Positions 25,898 to 45,541 of a stretch of DNA of 64,000 nucleotides are shown here, piece by piece. Origin of the DNA: Lingula anatina (lineage: Eukaryota; Animalia; Brachiopoda). Location of the stretch: contig CM120642.1 in the NCBI GenBank assembly GCA_051362555.1, forward strand, positions 9,238,001 through 9,302,000. Direction: 5' to 3'. The notes under the pieces are model-generated. The model was not told the origin of the DNA, searched no databases, and was given only the letters and a program-made list of their open reading frames with translations. The position numbers and the translations under genes are program-made. Within the stretch, counting starts at the first letter, position 1. Each line of letters starts with the position of its first letter.

Positions 25898-28400
25898 TTG
25901 ATGCATATATAAAACGGGTTGCAAACTCACCTAGGTGTTAATTCTATTAACTTCGTGTTGTATGATAACTCTGTTAAAAGCTCGATAAATCATCTTACAT
26001 CCAGTAACGTTTTTATTCACTTACAGGTTACATCATATAGAAAAGTACACCACTTAATGGATAATAGCTTCTGTGAAACGCGCCATCACAAATGTAGATA
26101 TTATTGATTTTCTTATCCTCTTAGATTAAAAGGTTAGATACGTAAGAGTGGTTTTAACGTGAGTTTGGTATATACGACTATCTTTAGACTTGCATTTGGT
26201 CATAAAATCAAAAAGGTAGAATACCGGTCAAAGTTGTGTCATAGCAAAACACAGTAGGGCCAAATAACTAATATGCATTGTTATTCTCCGTTTTTCCTGG
26301 TCATTAGTCTAAAGGGTTAGATTCCATGACATATTTTACAACAATGTTATACATAATTAAATCAAGAGAAAATTACTTCAATACTTCCCACGCTATTAGT
26401 TTAAATAATTAATTCAAAACAAGTGAAATTGCTGTAATGATCATTTGGTTCTAGTCATTAGTTTAGAACATTCAACTTGTTTTCAAAGTATTGTATATTT
26501 TGTCAGACGAAAGCATTCCGTACGCTGGCCTAAACACACGAAGCTATAGAATTCGATATTCATTATTTTGGTTTTGTTTCGAGACACGAAAATTCATCAT
26601 TCTTTAGGTTTCAGTATCAAATGTATTGTTATGTTCTAAAATATATTGTTATGTTCTAAACCGTATAATCCATCACTCTACCATAACATGCAATGAGTAA
26701 CACTCATCGATTGGGCAGCTAAGTACCAGTAGCGCACTGAAAGATTTTGACCAGGTCTAAAATTTTTAACCACGGTATAGTACTTTTTATGAAAGGTCTT
26801 AGATGAGTTCGTGGCATAAGGTCAATGAAAAATTGGATAATGTAGGCAAAATGTAAATGTGAATATTCCCAATGGCATAGGCAGCTTTAAAACAACTTCC
26901 AGAGTGGCCGAACTGAGTTCAAACTCTGTGTTGTGACTATTTCATTTTCATGTTTCTTTCTCGATCATCACACTTGACCAGTTGGGACCGAAAACATTCG
27001 TTTGAAAACCTTTTTTTTAATTGTTGAGATCCCTTTAAATATGACCAACATTCAAACTTATATATAAATGAAATTAAGATCTTGTTAGAATGTCTCAGAC
27101 ACAAAGGCATTGATAAATAGGAAGCATCATCCCTTTCAAGATTGTAGAAAAATATTTTCCCGTACCTGGAAGGGGGGGGGGGTAATTGGAACTCGCTTTA
27201 CAATTTTTGAATTACAACCCATGTACACTTGTAGTAGGATAAACCTTCAAGATTTAAATACAAAGCACAAAATTTTAAATACAAAATTCAGCAAATAACA
27301 GTCAAATATTAATAGAGCTAGGAGATCCGGGCCCCTATCTTGGAAAATGTTCTTGTCATGACCCAAAATAATCGATGAAATAAACATCGGACTACGATCA
27401 CGACAGAAAAAAAGGCTACTGGTAGAGGAATTAGAACACAGGGGCAGACAACGAGGCCTATAATGTTATAATTGCAGGCCTATTCATTAATCTTCCTATG
27501 CTGACAAAGATCGATGATGCCTATATTGGGTGGGTAGACAAAAAAAGAGAGAACTGAACCATACCAAAATGGATACACTTTTAGTCTCGCTTGAGCAATG
27601 TTTTGGCGTTTTAACAAGGTATGCGATGTTTTTAGAAGTTATACAGTGCGTGTTAGAATGGCCAAAAATTAATTTTCCTGGCAGTTTCAGCAATTTTCTC
27701 TTTACCACCAAAGTGTACTCTCTGCATTGGCTATAATACGATTTGTAAATCTGTTTGTGTTCTTTATTTTATTTTTTTTTTTTTTTACCGTAACAAATGA
27801 AGGTAACCAGATTCTAACTTCATCTCGTGAATGATACAAAAGCTGAAAATTTAAAATTCAAAAATGGGCTCATGGATCGCAATTCTGTGAATGGTCTTGG
27901 ATGTAGCATACAATACATTGCTGATTAATGGAAAGAGTTGAAATTTCCAGGGAAATCATAATGATTATTATAAACATTTAATGCTCGTTGTGCACCTTCG
28001 ATCATTGTGTCTGGATCCGCTTAACTGAACACGTCCGTCAATTTAACCAGGAACTAATGGCCTTAATATAAACGAGACTAGAAACTGATGTCGTGAATCG
28101 GTCACTATTTCCGTAACCAAAGTTATCAAACAAACTGCTGTGCTCAGCAACCTTTGTTTAAGAAACTTTTGTAATGCTTTAACTACAAAATAATAGTAAT
28201 AATGATAATTTTATATACAGGTGAAAATAAATCTGAAAATAATACGGAGTGCAAGGTGCTTGAATTCTTGATTCGCTTTGTGGCCAGCAATTCGTTTTTA
28301 TAGTTTTTATTGGTGCAACCTAATTCCGAAATTGGGCCAAGTTGATTTATTTTCACTAAACTTGAATGTACAATCTAGTGAACAGAGTTAAATTGTCATC

Positions 28401-28415
28401 AAATAAATAAATGAA

Positions 28416-28470
<55 letters not shown>
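28401..28470. repeat. (AAAT)n microsatellite
   Basis: Tandem aaat tetramers. Confidence 0.9.
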
Positions 28471-28909
28471 AAAGACAAGACTCCATGACATTTCATACGT
28501 TTTTGCATTTTTCACAATAGAAGAAAACTGAATTTTTTTCTCGGAATATAATGAATACAAACCTTGGTGATTAACATCATGCAAGCACTTAATGAAACGA
28601 CAGATCGCATGACGGAATGATCAACAACCATAATTCGTTTTATTCGTGTTGAAAGGAAGGCGCTTGGTGTACAGAACGCTGACAGAAAACAACGTTAGGA
28701 TGATTAATTCAACGTGCATTTTATGATCTCAGAGACTTGGAGGGAAAGATAACAAATTGGAAGCACGACAACTGAGTACAGAACGCCGAGTGATTAACAA
28801 GCATTGTACGTGCACGCCGAGCCAGTTCGATGATTCGGGGCCATAGTTTTCCATGGCAAGTCTGGGGTTCTCAATAGAGTGAATAGACAGAGGGCAACGT
28901 CTTGGGATC

Positions 28910-30048
28910 ATGATCCTACATTTACTCATCATTTGCTTTTGTCTTGAGCGATGCCACACTTTAAATGAAGGTGAGACAAAACACTGGAACAAACGTCAAA
29001 TGGTGAAGTTGATATTTTAATTGCCCTTCTCTGTTTGAGCCATGTTTGACTACGATTCAAGGATTGGCTTGAATATGAAGGCAAACCCAGGCTAAATTCC
29101 GTATTAGTTATATTGTGCTTTTAGTGACCAAAGACAAACAGCACTTTGAATTCATTATAAGTTTTAAAATAACAGTCGTTTTTACTGAAGCAATAGTCGG
29201 ACTGAATAATTCCATACACATCAATTCTTTCAAGTTTGGCGACATATGTTAAGTAAACCGAAAATTGAGTATATGAGAATATGAAATACAAATTAAATAG
29301 CATATCGTGGAAGCATATCACTTATGAAAATGTCTGATGGTAATTTCAGGTTCCACGCCAATGCCTCTTGGATTTTGGCCGCTTGATTCCGCTTTCCAAA
29401 CGAAGGACATTTCAGGTTACGAGAATCACGGAATAACGGCCTGTGAGACCAACGGTTCAATCCCACCGGGTTTTACTCAAAATCCCTTATTTATCACGTC
29501 ATCTTGCTATGTCCAGATTCCCAATAATGGACAGTTAACCATTAACGGTTCATTTACGTTCCTTTTCATCATGCGGGCGGGCGACCCGGGAGCCGCATCT
29601 TCCCTTTTAACCTATACAAACGAACCTGGAAGCAAGGATGGTTTCTTTATTACTAAATCCAGCAATTATTATTTGGTATATTTCAATGGGTACAAAATGG
29701 CTGAAATTTTTATAACGAGTATCAGTATCACCGATATGCAATGGCTGGCGTTTGCCGTAACCTATAATAGTTCAACCGGATATTTGAAATTAAAAACTCT
29801 GTATCTGGAGACTTCTGAAACGTTAGGCAACTGGACGGACACATATATTTTAAATGTGGGCTCCAGAAGGCCAGCGACGAACTATCCATATTTGTGGATA
29901 GGTGGTGAATTCAACAGTGTTTCCTTATACCCTCTGCCTCCATTCGTCGGGGATTTTACATGCCTCCAAGTGTATAATTACGAACTAACAGAAATTGAAC
30001 TGGTCACTGCTTTGAGCTATTGTTATGACGCTAGTAATGGTATAGTTG

Positions 30049-30101
<53 letters not shown>

Positions 30102-32604
30102 AAACAATTTTTAAAGCGATCATTTTTTCATTTTGTTCATTCATGTTTGTAATTCCACATTCAGTACAAAAACACACACGTGCACATAAACGTGTATTTG
30201 TGTGTAATCTTTTTTTTTATTTCTGTAGTCACCTTTCCAAATGGTAATGAAGACCATACAGGTCTTTCAAGTGATACAGTGACTGTGGAAACAATTGTTA
30301 CAGACACAAATGTGATTGCAACGGAATCATATTATGAAACAACAGTGACGCTCACAAGCCTGGCTACCTCTACGATGGTTTCAGGCTCTTTTACTGAAAC
30401 CACTGAGGTATTGTTGACATTGTCATCTTCATCAAAAACGCCGTTTCACAATTCCGCCGAAACACAAGCTTCAACTTGGATAGAAGCCACATCTGGAACT
30501 GAAACGTCAACTAGAACAGAGAGTGGAGCAGAAATAGAAACTACAAACGCTATTAGCTCCCCTTCTTCCGCACCAACACCTGAAACACCCAACACTTCGG
30601 ATTCACCGGTCGTGACAGCGACTTATGAAGCTCTGTGCGTGGTGGTCCCAGTTGTGGGGAACGCAACAGCAGCTGGGACCTCTCCGATTTCTCCTTATAT
30701 CGACGTGTCCATCACATACGTGTGCGACGACGGCCATCGGTTCCCCGGTGGACAGAGGTCAGCCACAACACGCTGTACTGGTGTCGGCTGGAGGCCCGTT
30801 TTGCCCGACTGTGAAGGTGAGCTGATTTCTTTTATCCTAATGTTTTTCTTTTTTCAAATGGGACATCCCCAGAGGAACGGAAACATATACCGTATCACTT
30901 ACCCGCAAGGTATGGCAAAATAGCCTTATAAATGAAAGCAGTCTTACTTCTAAATATTTTTTTCGTATTTTAGGACCAGTTAGCATGCCTCTGCAAATGT
31001 TGATTAGTGAACACTATTCTTATAGATCGTACGTGTAAAGATAATTACTATTAAGTTTATTTTGCACGGTCTGTATCAGTTATCCGCCTAAAATATTACC
31101 AGGCTCTCAATTTTCAGCGCATGAAAAAGTGCATGTCCACTCTGAAGTAAATTGTGCTCATCAACTTAGAGTGAACCAAAGTATATTGGTCTTTGGTTTG
31201 GGTTGAATTTTTAGTCAGAAGCTGAAAACGCCCACAATATCAATCACACTTTAAAAGTCAAACACCGGGCATGGAAAAATAATGAATCTCATATAGGATC
31301 CTACTATTTGTAAATCGGCCACCATTATCCGAAGAGAATACTGCCCGTCGCGGTTATATGAGCATAATATTAAAGGATGAATAAAGACGGAATGCAATCC
31401 ATCTTTGTAGTGTTTCCACGTTTCCGAACGTGCGTTTTTGCCAAAGCGTTAACTGGCTTTGTCAGACAAAAACAACTTGGCCGAGGAAAAGGGTTTGCGC
31501 TTCAAGGAATATCAAACGTGTGCGCCAGTCCGTGAAAAAGACGTCGACAGACGTTGGGAGCTATGGAAAATAACATTTGTAAAAGATACTGCAACATTGC
31601 TGTCGTGCATTTTCTTGTTTTTAAGCTTTTGTAAGGATTGTGTCATAGATATAAATTGGTATGGCAAGCTGGCTTTCCTTTTTGATGTCAATTAAATGAC
31701 ATAAACTTCTTTCTCTCGACAGTTTCATCATAATTCTTTGAAATAAAACTTGAAATAAAATATATCATTTTAGTCAGATGCTTGGAACCCAGAAAAATTC
31801 AGAATGCAGTCTTAGTCTCAAACTGCACGGATTACATCTACGACTGTCGTCTGCACTACACCTGCGTGAATGGCACGTTTTTCCCAGATGGCGCCACAGA
31901 ACGCACAGTGCGATGTACAGAAAAAGGAATCTGGAGTGCGCTCCATTTGAGTTCGTGTACAGGTAAATCCTCATACAATAACTTAACACGGGACTTTCTC
32001 GACTTTAACAATTTGAACAAGTACATTTAAGCCAAATAACAAACAATTTTAAAATGTACCTTTAGCTCTAATTACGAATAGAAAAAAATATATATGTATA
32101 GTAATGTAAATAACTATACCAAAGGAAGATAAAAAGTAACTGTTACAAAAAGTCGTTTTCACTCTTAATTAAAGGCTTTCACTCAACATTTTAATACATT
32201 TTTCGCTCACGCACATTAAAATGTCTTAATATTGATTATTTAAAACGAACTACTAGTATACAAATACTGGATAATTGTTCTTTTACCTCCCAGATACTCA
32301 AATCGATGCAGTAACCCCCAGACCCCCGGGCTACCGTAAAGTCCCCCTGGAGGCCCCGCTGAGAGTCCTGATACCATGCGGGACATTCGCGATCTTGGTA
32401 ATATCTTCCATAGTCGGTGGAATATTTCTCAGCGATATTCCAACACTGTACAAGCACTCCAGAATAATTAGGTGGTGGATTCGCCGAAAATGCTGCGGAA
32501 AAAAACGAGTGATGCAGCAAGTCCCAGGGTCGCCCCTTGAACCAGGTTCAAGATCTGGGCATAACCCAACACGAGCTTTACAGCAGAAGAATTTGCCGGA
32601 CTAG
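28910..32604 (+). CDS. Uncharacterised type I membrane protein: signal peptide, LamG/pentraxin-like (ConA-fold) domain, Thr/Ser-rich stalk, two sushi/CCP domains, TM helix, basic cytoplasmic tail (~612 aa)
   Basis: Exons 28910-28970 (MILHLLIICFCLERCHTLNE), 29350-30039 (GFWPLD...DISGYENHG...FAVTYNSSTG...LWIGG...FVGDFTCLQVYNYELT, LamG-3-like; alternative donor at 30033 possible), 30229-30816 (T/S-rich, then sushi C..YVCDDGHRF..C..W..LPDC), 31774-31962 (sushi C..YTCVNGTFF..C..W..C), 32294-32604 (hydrophobic TFAILVISSIVGGIFL, then RRK; TAG). All introns phase 1; total 1839 nt in frame. Confidence 0.8.
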
Positions 32605-33863
32605 AGGTATCCAACCATTAGAGAATACAAAGCCAGTTTAAGATGGTCTGCATGTGATCTTATTTTCATTTCAGCCAAAGGGTATTACTATAGCTTGAGC
32701 ACGTGTGGTCATGTGGTCAAGACCGATACAGGCAAGTCCGAAATGCGTTACTGGAAAAACAGTACCCGCAAGAAATCGCAAAACTATACGGAACAAGAGT
32801 GCACGATCACAAGCTCTTATAGTACCTGCAGTGGAGTTGAACTCTCGAGCCGAAAGCACGAGTAGAAAAATAACTCTGAAATATTGTCTCTATCACACAC
32901 GTTCACGGGGTTTAGAAACATTTAATAGTTCTCGATAGTATTAAGTACACCGCCTAAAACGCACATAAAGAACAGCTCCCGTAGTCACAGGCATGTCAAC
33001 ATGCTGACAACAGGACAAATGAAAAATACGATTCAGAAAAATGTTCTAAAAAACACCATATCGATATTTATTTATCATGATGATCAATGAAAAAGGCCCA
33101 CTCAAATCACACTGCGCACTGTAGAAATTATATTATATTATATTACATTTACATTATATTATACAGTAATCTAGTAACATCCATTGGGCTTGTGTAGGCT
33201 GAAATCTAAACTTCCTCTTTTCTAAGTAAATGACATCAATAACAAATGGCAAATGCACCCAAACAAAGGGAACTAGACATGGATACAACTGTGACCACCC
33301 GTAGTTTCATAGTTTACTGAAAACTCATTTCATTTCAGCCATCAGCAAGCACCTGCCATTTCCAATCACAGTGAAACCCAGGGTGCTTCACAATTTTTTT
33401 CCAGAAAACCTCAAAGTAAGAAAGAGGATAAACACAATTGTTCATATATTCTTGCTCCTAGGATAGAAATTTGTGTTTGGCAAGTCATACAATCAGAATT
33501 CCCAAATTCTCAGGATTGGTGTTCTTGTGATTAGACTTCTCTACGTCAGCATATCCTTGTGGCCACTGATACCGTGATAAGATGAACTTCAGGGTAACCC
33601 TTGTCATCCACTGTGTTACTCAAATAAATACACACATCAACTTTGTGTTCACGCATGGCAAATGTTGCTATTGGTATTTTATAGAGCCCAGTATCTACAT
33701 AATTTTACAGGCAGGAAAGTTAAAGCTGTGGTAGCTGATTCAAATGTTTTGCCCTCTGACTTGTATTTCGATGCAGTATAACAGCTTTCCACAAAGAGTT
33801 GCGCACTAACCTTGCATCAGGACAGCGCCACATTTCCCTAGTGTAAACACGTGAATTTCACCC

Positions 33864-40739
<6,876 letters not shown>

Positions 40740-41087
40740 TTCATACTTTTTAAGTCAGTGGGTACTCGTGGATATTGGGTACTTTATAATGTTGCAAAAG
40801 CCTAGATAAATGCTAGCTTTACGAAAGAAAGAGGTACATACTATGTATACTGTATCGTCTAAAAGGGTACATTATTACGGTTAATACAGCCTTTTCTGTT
40901 GTTGCCCATGGGATTAAGTTGGTAATTTTGAACTGTCGTTAAATCTGCGAAACTAACTCACAGTCAGGGTCAAGGTCGTAGCAGACAGCTGATCGTCGCT
41001 GAGTCAGTTTACTTTTACATCTCGCATATTTATCTCCAGTTAAGACTTCAAGGTGCTATACAGAGACAGAGGAACTTGAAATTCATT
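40740..41087. promoter_or_regulatory. Probable bidirectional promoter for CLPB (-) and GNPDA (+), including a non-coding first exon of GNPDA ending at 41087
   Basis: CLPB ATG at 40739 (minus). Donor '|gtgagt' at 41088. The GNPDA ATG directly follows an acceptor (cag|ATG at 41592), so an upstream 5'UTR exon is expected. Locally CpG-rich. Confidence 0.6.
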
Positions 41088-41591
41088 GTGAGTATTAAAC
41101 GTTTTTTGTAGAAATATTTAACACTACTGGTTGAAACACTAGAGAAAGATTTGCATTAAATTACATTTGTCCTCGGCTCCCGTCAAATACAGTATCTGTT
41201 TACAACAAAAGCCTTTGTTCCGCATCTACCTTAAATTCTAATGTTATTGTTACGATGGCCTTGTGAGATGCGTTACCGTGGCAGTTTTACTTCTTGTTTA
41301 TCTGAAAATGTCCAGTAGGTGAAATGAGGACACATTTCTTAAAGTGGGACTTCATTGTTACCAGACTATTAGTTGCTTTATTAGTACCTTTTAACCACTT
41401 ATCATTTGTTACCATTTTCCTATGACGCGTAGGCTTAGTAAAAACATGAGTATCCATACTTATGTGTATGTAGTAAAATTTAAAATTGAATTGTGGTTTA
41501 GGGTAAATGAATGGATAAATTATATCAAGAAATGATGAATTTGGACTTTGAACTCCAGACACTTTCATCTACTGGTACTCTTACTTTTCAG

Positions 41592-43824
41592 ATGAGGTTG
41601 GTTATATTAGACAATTATGACAAAGTTAGTGAGTGGGCTGCTAGATATATAAAAAGGAGGATACTGGACTTTGAGCCAGGTCCAGATAACTATTTTACAC
41701 TTGGACTTCCAACAGGTAATCGTTTTTTGCCATTTCTGGGTGTTTCTGTAACATTATTGTGGGTGTGTGGAATCCCTGGTGAAGCTTTCTTATCCTAAGT
41801 CATATTGATATTATACTACTTTATGATAAGTTGGTGAAGTTGGATGGTTATTGTGGTTAGATGATTTTTTGACTTTGTGTTTGTTCTAAGATTGTCCATG
41901 CATGTCCTTTATGGAAACAAAAAATCTGTTGTATACCAGTACCATTTCTTATGTGCTTAATAATGTTCACAAAATAAAAATAATTTAGCAAATAAATAAA
42001 TGAATAAATAAATAAATAAATAAATAAAAAAATAGTAACAAATTAATGTATGTTTAAAGATTGTTTAAGACTAGGTGTACCTCATTCATGAAACTTGTGA
42101 TAGAATTCCAAGGAATAATTTTGTTTTATTTCTAGACTAAGTAGCAAAATGCTATCAGTTACAGTGAAGCCACTGCTTGGGGTGGCCTCTCCCAAAAGTA
42201 CTTGACATAACCAGTGCAAATTCATTTGATGAAAATAGTGCTTAAGAACAATCCTGATACTTCCCCAAATAAAAAAGGAACATAAAATCATGAATCTGTA
42301 GTGGGTATCTATTTTAAGAAGCCAGTTAAGAAGCATAAAAGCTTATGATATTTGATATTCCTGATTCTGAAGTGGGTTTCTATTTTAAGATTAGGTTATA
42401 AACAAGGTAGGGGTGAATTTAATTTGGTAACAGTAAAGATTAGTGCCAGAGGGGTCCCAGCTCTTCAGGTAGCCTATATGGAAATTAGCACCTGTGCTAG
42501 TAAGTACAGGCTCATGATGCAGAGTCCATTTGGTACATTGGTAGCATTAAGCTTCTTCATTTTACAAAAAAAAAAAAAAAAAAAAAAGGAAGAAAAAAAA
42601 ATGAATACAAAGGTCGCATTCACAACTGCAGACTAACAGATTGTGGATCAAATATGTATGTCTGAGTCTGACCCATTTGAATGCTTACCGCTTAATTTAT
42701 ACTCTGTGGGAAATCTGTTGAGTATCTTTTTGGGGATTACATGGCATGTTTTCAAGTGGACCGGGCATATTTGTTCCACAAATCTGTTAGTCCACAGATC
42801 ATCTTGTTCTGTATGCATCCTTAATTTGTATTAAGTGTGAGGCTTAAATAAGTAGTAAGAAAAGTAGAAATTTAGCACAATAAAACATTACGTCTGTTTT
42901 GATTATATGTGATAAAAAATACACAAACTTTTTCAATTCTTGATTGTTAACTTTAATCTAGTCAGATAAAATAGTTAGAAGGGATGAGAAATGCACTGAA
43001 TTATTTGGGACAAATGATGACTGAACAAAGGTAGGTATACAAGTCTTGCTGAATTCAAAGGTCATGGATCATGTGATCCAACATTTTATAAATAGAACAA
43101 TTTATGTGTAAACCCCTATGCCTGCAATGTCACAGCTCAAACTTAAAGGGCACCAAAGAGACTTCAAGTGTGTTGACAGTTATATAAGTGGAGATAAAAT
43201 GTACACCAGTTGAAGCATTCACTTAGGATATGGTGTGTCCACTGGAAATTGGTCTATAATGTTAATCTCTTGCTTCAGTTATCTTATCATAATGTCCATA
43301 AAGTAATTAGACATCTTGAGATGAGAATTCAGAACTTGTCTAGCTACATTAACAGTAAAATGTAAAATATCAGACTGAAGAAATGAAACATTTCAAAAAT
43401 TATCACACAATATTTTAAGTCTGCACAGTAGCATTAAAATTATTAAAATATAAACTGCAAGTGGTTCAGAATATTTTGTTAGAAATTTATTGCTTATTGA
43501 TTCAGTTTTTAAAGTGAGAGAGAGAGAGAGGGAGAGAGAGAGAGTACATTATATCTTTTGTAAATTTCAGGCAGCACTCCTCTGGGAACATATAAAAAGC
43601 TAATAGAATTTTACAAGAAAGGAGAACTTTCTTTCAAATATGTCAAAACTTTTAACATGGATGAGTATGTAGGTAAGATAGATTGTATAGTTTACAGATG
43701 ATTATTATACCCAAATACACTACACATGGATTATGATAATATTAAGGTATACTTTTGTTGTATTGTTTAAACATACATTAACATTTCTTATTATTTTCCA
43801 AGAAAGATAAAATTGAAAATGTAG

Positions 43825-43915
<91 letters not shown>

Positions 43916-45015
43916 CATACATAGGAGGGTTGTATATATAGGAGGGTTGTTATTTTTAAATCAATAAATTTCATATTTTAAGACTATCTAAATGATGTCA
44001 CAAGCTTGAACAACTTGATGCTGAAGTATTTCTTTTGGTAAATTGCAGCTCTGCCCAGAAATCATCCAGAAAGCTACCATTCCTTTATGTGGCACAATTT
44101 CTTCAAACACATTGACATACTTCCTGAGAACGCCCACCTTCTAGATGGGAACGCAGAGGATAAGGTGGCGGAATGTGAGCATTTTGAGGAGGAGATTAAA
44201 AAGGCAGGGGGAATCGAGTTATTCATGGGAGGTAAGGTTCTGGGACCTTAAGACCTGAGAAGACTTTAATATTTCATATGTTAGGTTTGGGGATGAGATG
44301 CAAATTATGGAGATGTGGAGGGGGGAGGGGAGGTAAATTGTTTATGGGTCACAAGATTGCATTCTGATTTTCACACTTAGTACCAAAGTTTGTCTCATTT
44401 TGGCTGCATTTACTTTCTTTGTCTGTTCTAGAATTAATTTGTGCATCAGATTGGGAGTTATGATAGTTAATATATGATAAAAATGACAAATGTGTACAAA
44501 AAATACTAAATCACTTAATTTGGGGCCATCTTAAGACATTTTATATTACAAATTAAAAACTCATGTAAAATATTATGCGATTATAAAAGACCCATTTTCA
44601 AGAAACATTTAAAGCCTTATTTATTATCAGATAACTATAAGTTAAAAGAATACTTTCATAAATGGTCATTTCATTTAAGATCATTATTTGAGATAAATAA
44701 TTTTATTGTACAGGTTTTAGACTATTTTTAGTGATAAAACAATTTTTCTGTACAGGTATTGGACCAGACGGCCACATAGCCTTCAATGAGCCAGGCTCCA
44801 GTCTGGTCTCACGTACACGTGTGAAAACTCTGAACCAGGACACAGTGGAGGCCAACGCCCGTTTCTTTGGCGGAGACATCAGCCAGGTCCCCACTGAGGC
44901 TCTGACTGTGGGAGTTGGCACTGTCATGGATGCTAGAGAGGTAATGTGGTGTCTCTGAAATGCATGGAGATAACTATGTCTGTGCCAGTATATGTGTTGT
45001 GTGTATTTTTGTAAT

Positions 45016-45060
<45 letters not shown>

Positions 45061-45541
45061 TAAGGAGAAGAGAGAGAGATAAATAGGAAACACTTTCCAA
45101 TTGACTTCTATCGCTTAATATTATGTCACAATTAATATTGTAACATGGACGTTTGACTTTTACTGTAATGTCCACTTGCAATTAAGGGTGCTCTAAGTAT
45201 ACCAACATAGTACTTATATCTTTACTTTATACAGCTTAACATATTTTACCTCATTACTGCCTAAATAACTAACCTCCACTTTACTCCAGGTGATGATCCT
45301 GATCACAGGTGCTCACAAGTCCTATGCTTTATACAAAGCAATTGAGGAAGGAGTCAGTCACATGTGGACAGTGTCAGCTTTCCAGATGCACCCCAAAACA
45401 ATCTTTGTCTGCGATGAGGATGCCACGTTGGAGTTGAAGGTGAAAACGGTCAAATACTTCAAAGGCCTTATGACCCTACATAACAAGTTGCTGGAGGAGA
45501 AATCTGTTGAGCCCTCATCCAAAAAACAGAAGAGTAATTAG
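41592..45541 (+). CDS. GNPDA: Glucosamine-6-phosphate deaminase (isomerase), ~281 aa
   Basis: Exons 41592-41715, 43571-43672, 44049-44231, 44756-44940, 45290-45541 (846 nt). Motifs MRLVIL, '[11 protein letters not shown]', 'TFNMDEY', '[19 protein letters not shown]', '[27 protein letters not shown]', '[15 protein letters not shown]', '[14 protein letters not shown]', '[16 protein letters not shown]'. Co-orthologue of GNPDA1/2. Confidence 0.97.
43827..43907. repeat. (TA)n microsatellite
   Basis: About 40 ta units in a GNPDA intron. Confidence 0.95.
45016..45056. repeat. (GT)n microsatellite
   Basis: Dinucleotide run in a GNPDA intron. Confidence 0.9.
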
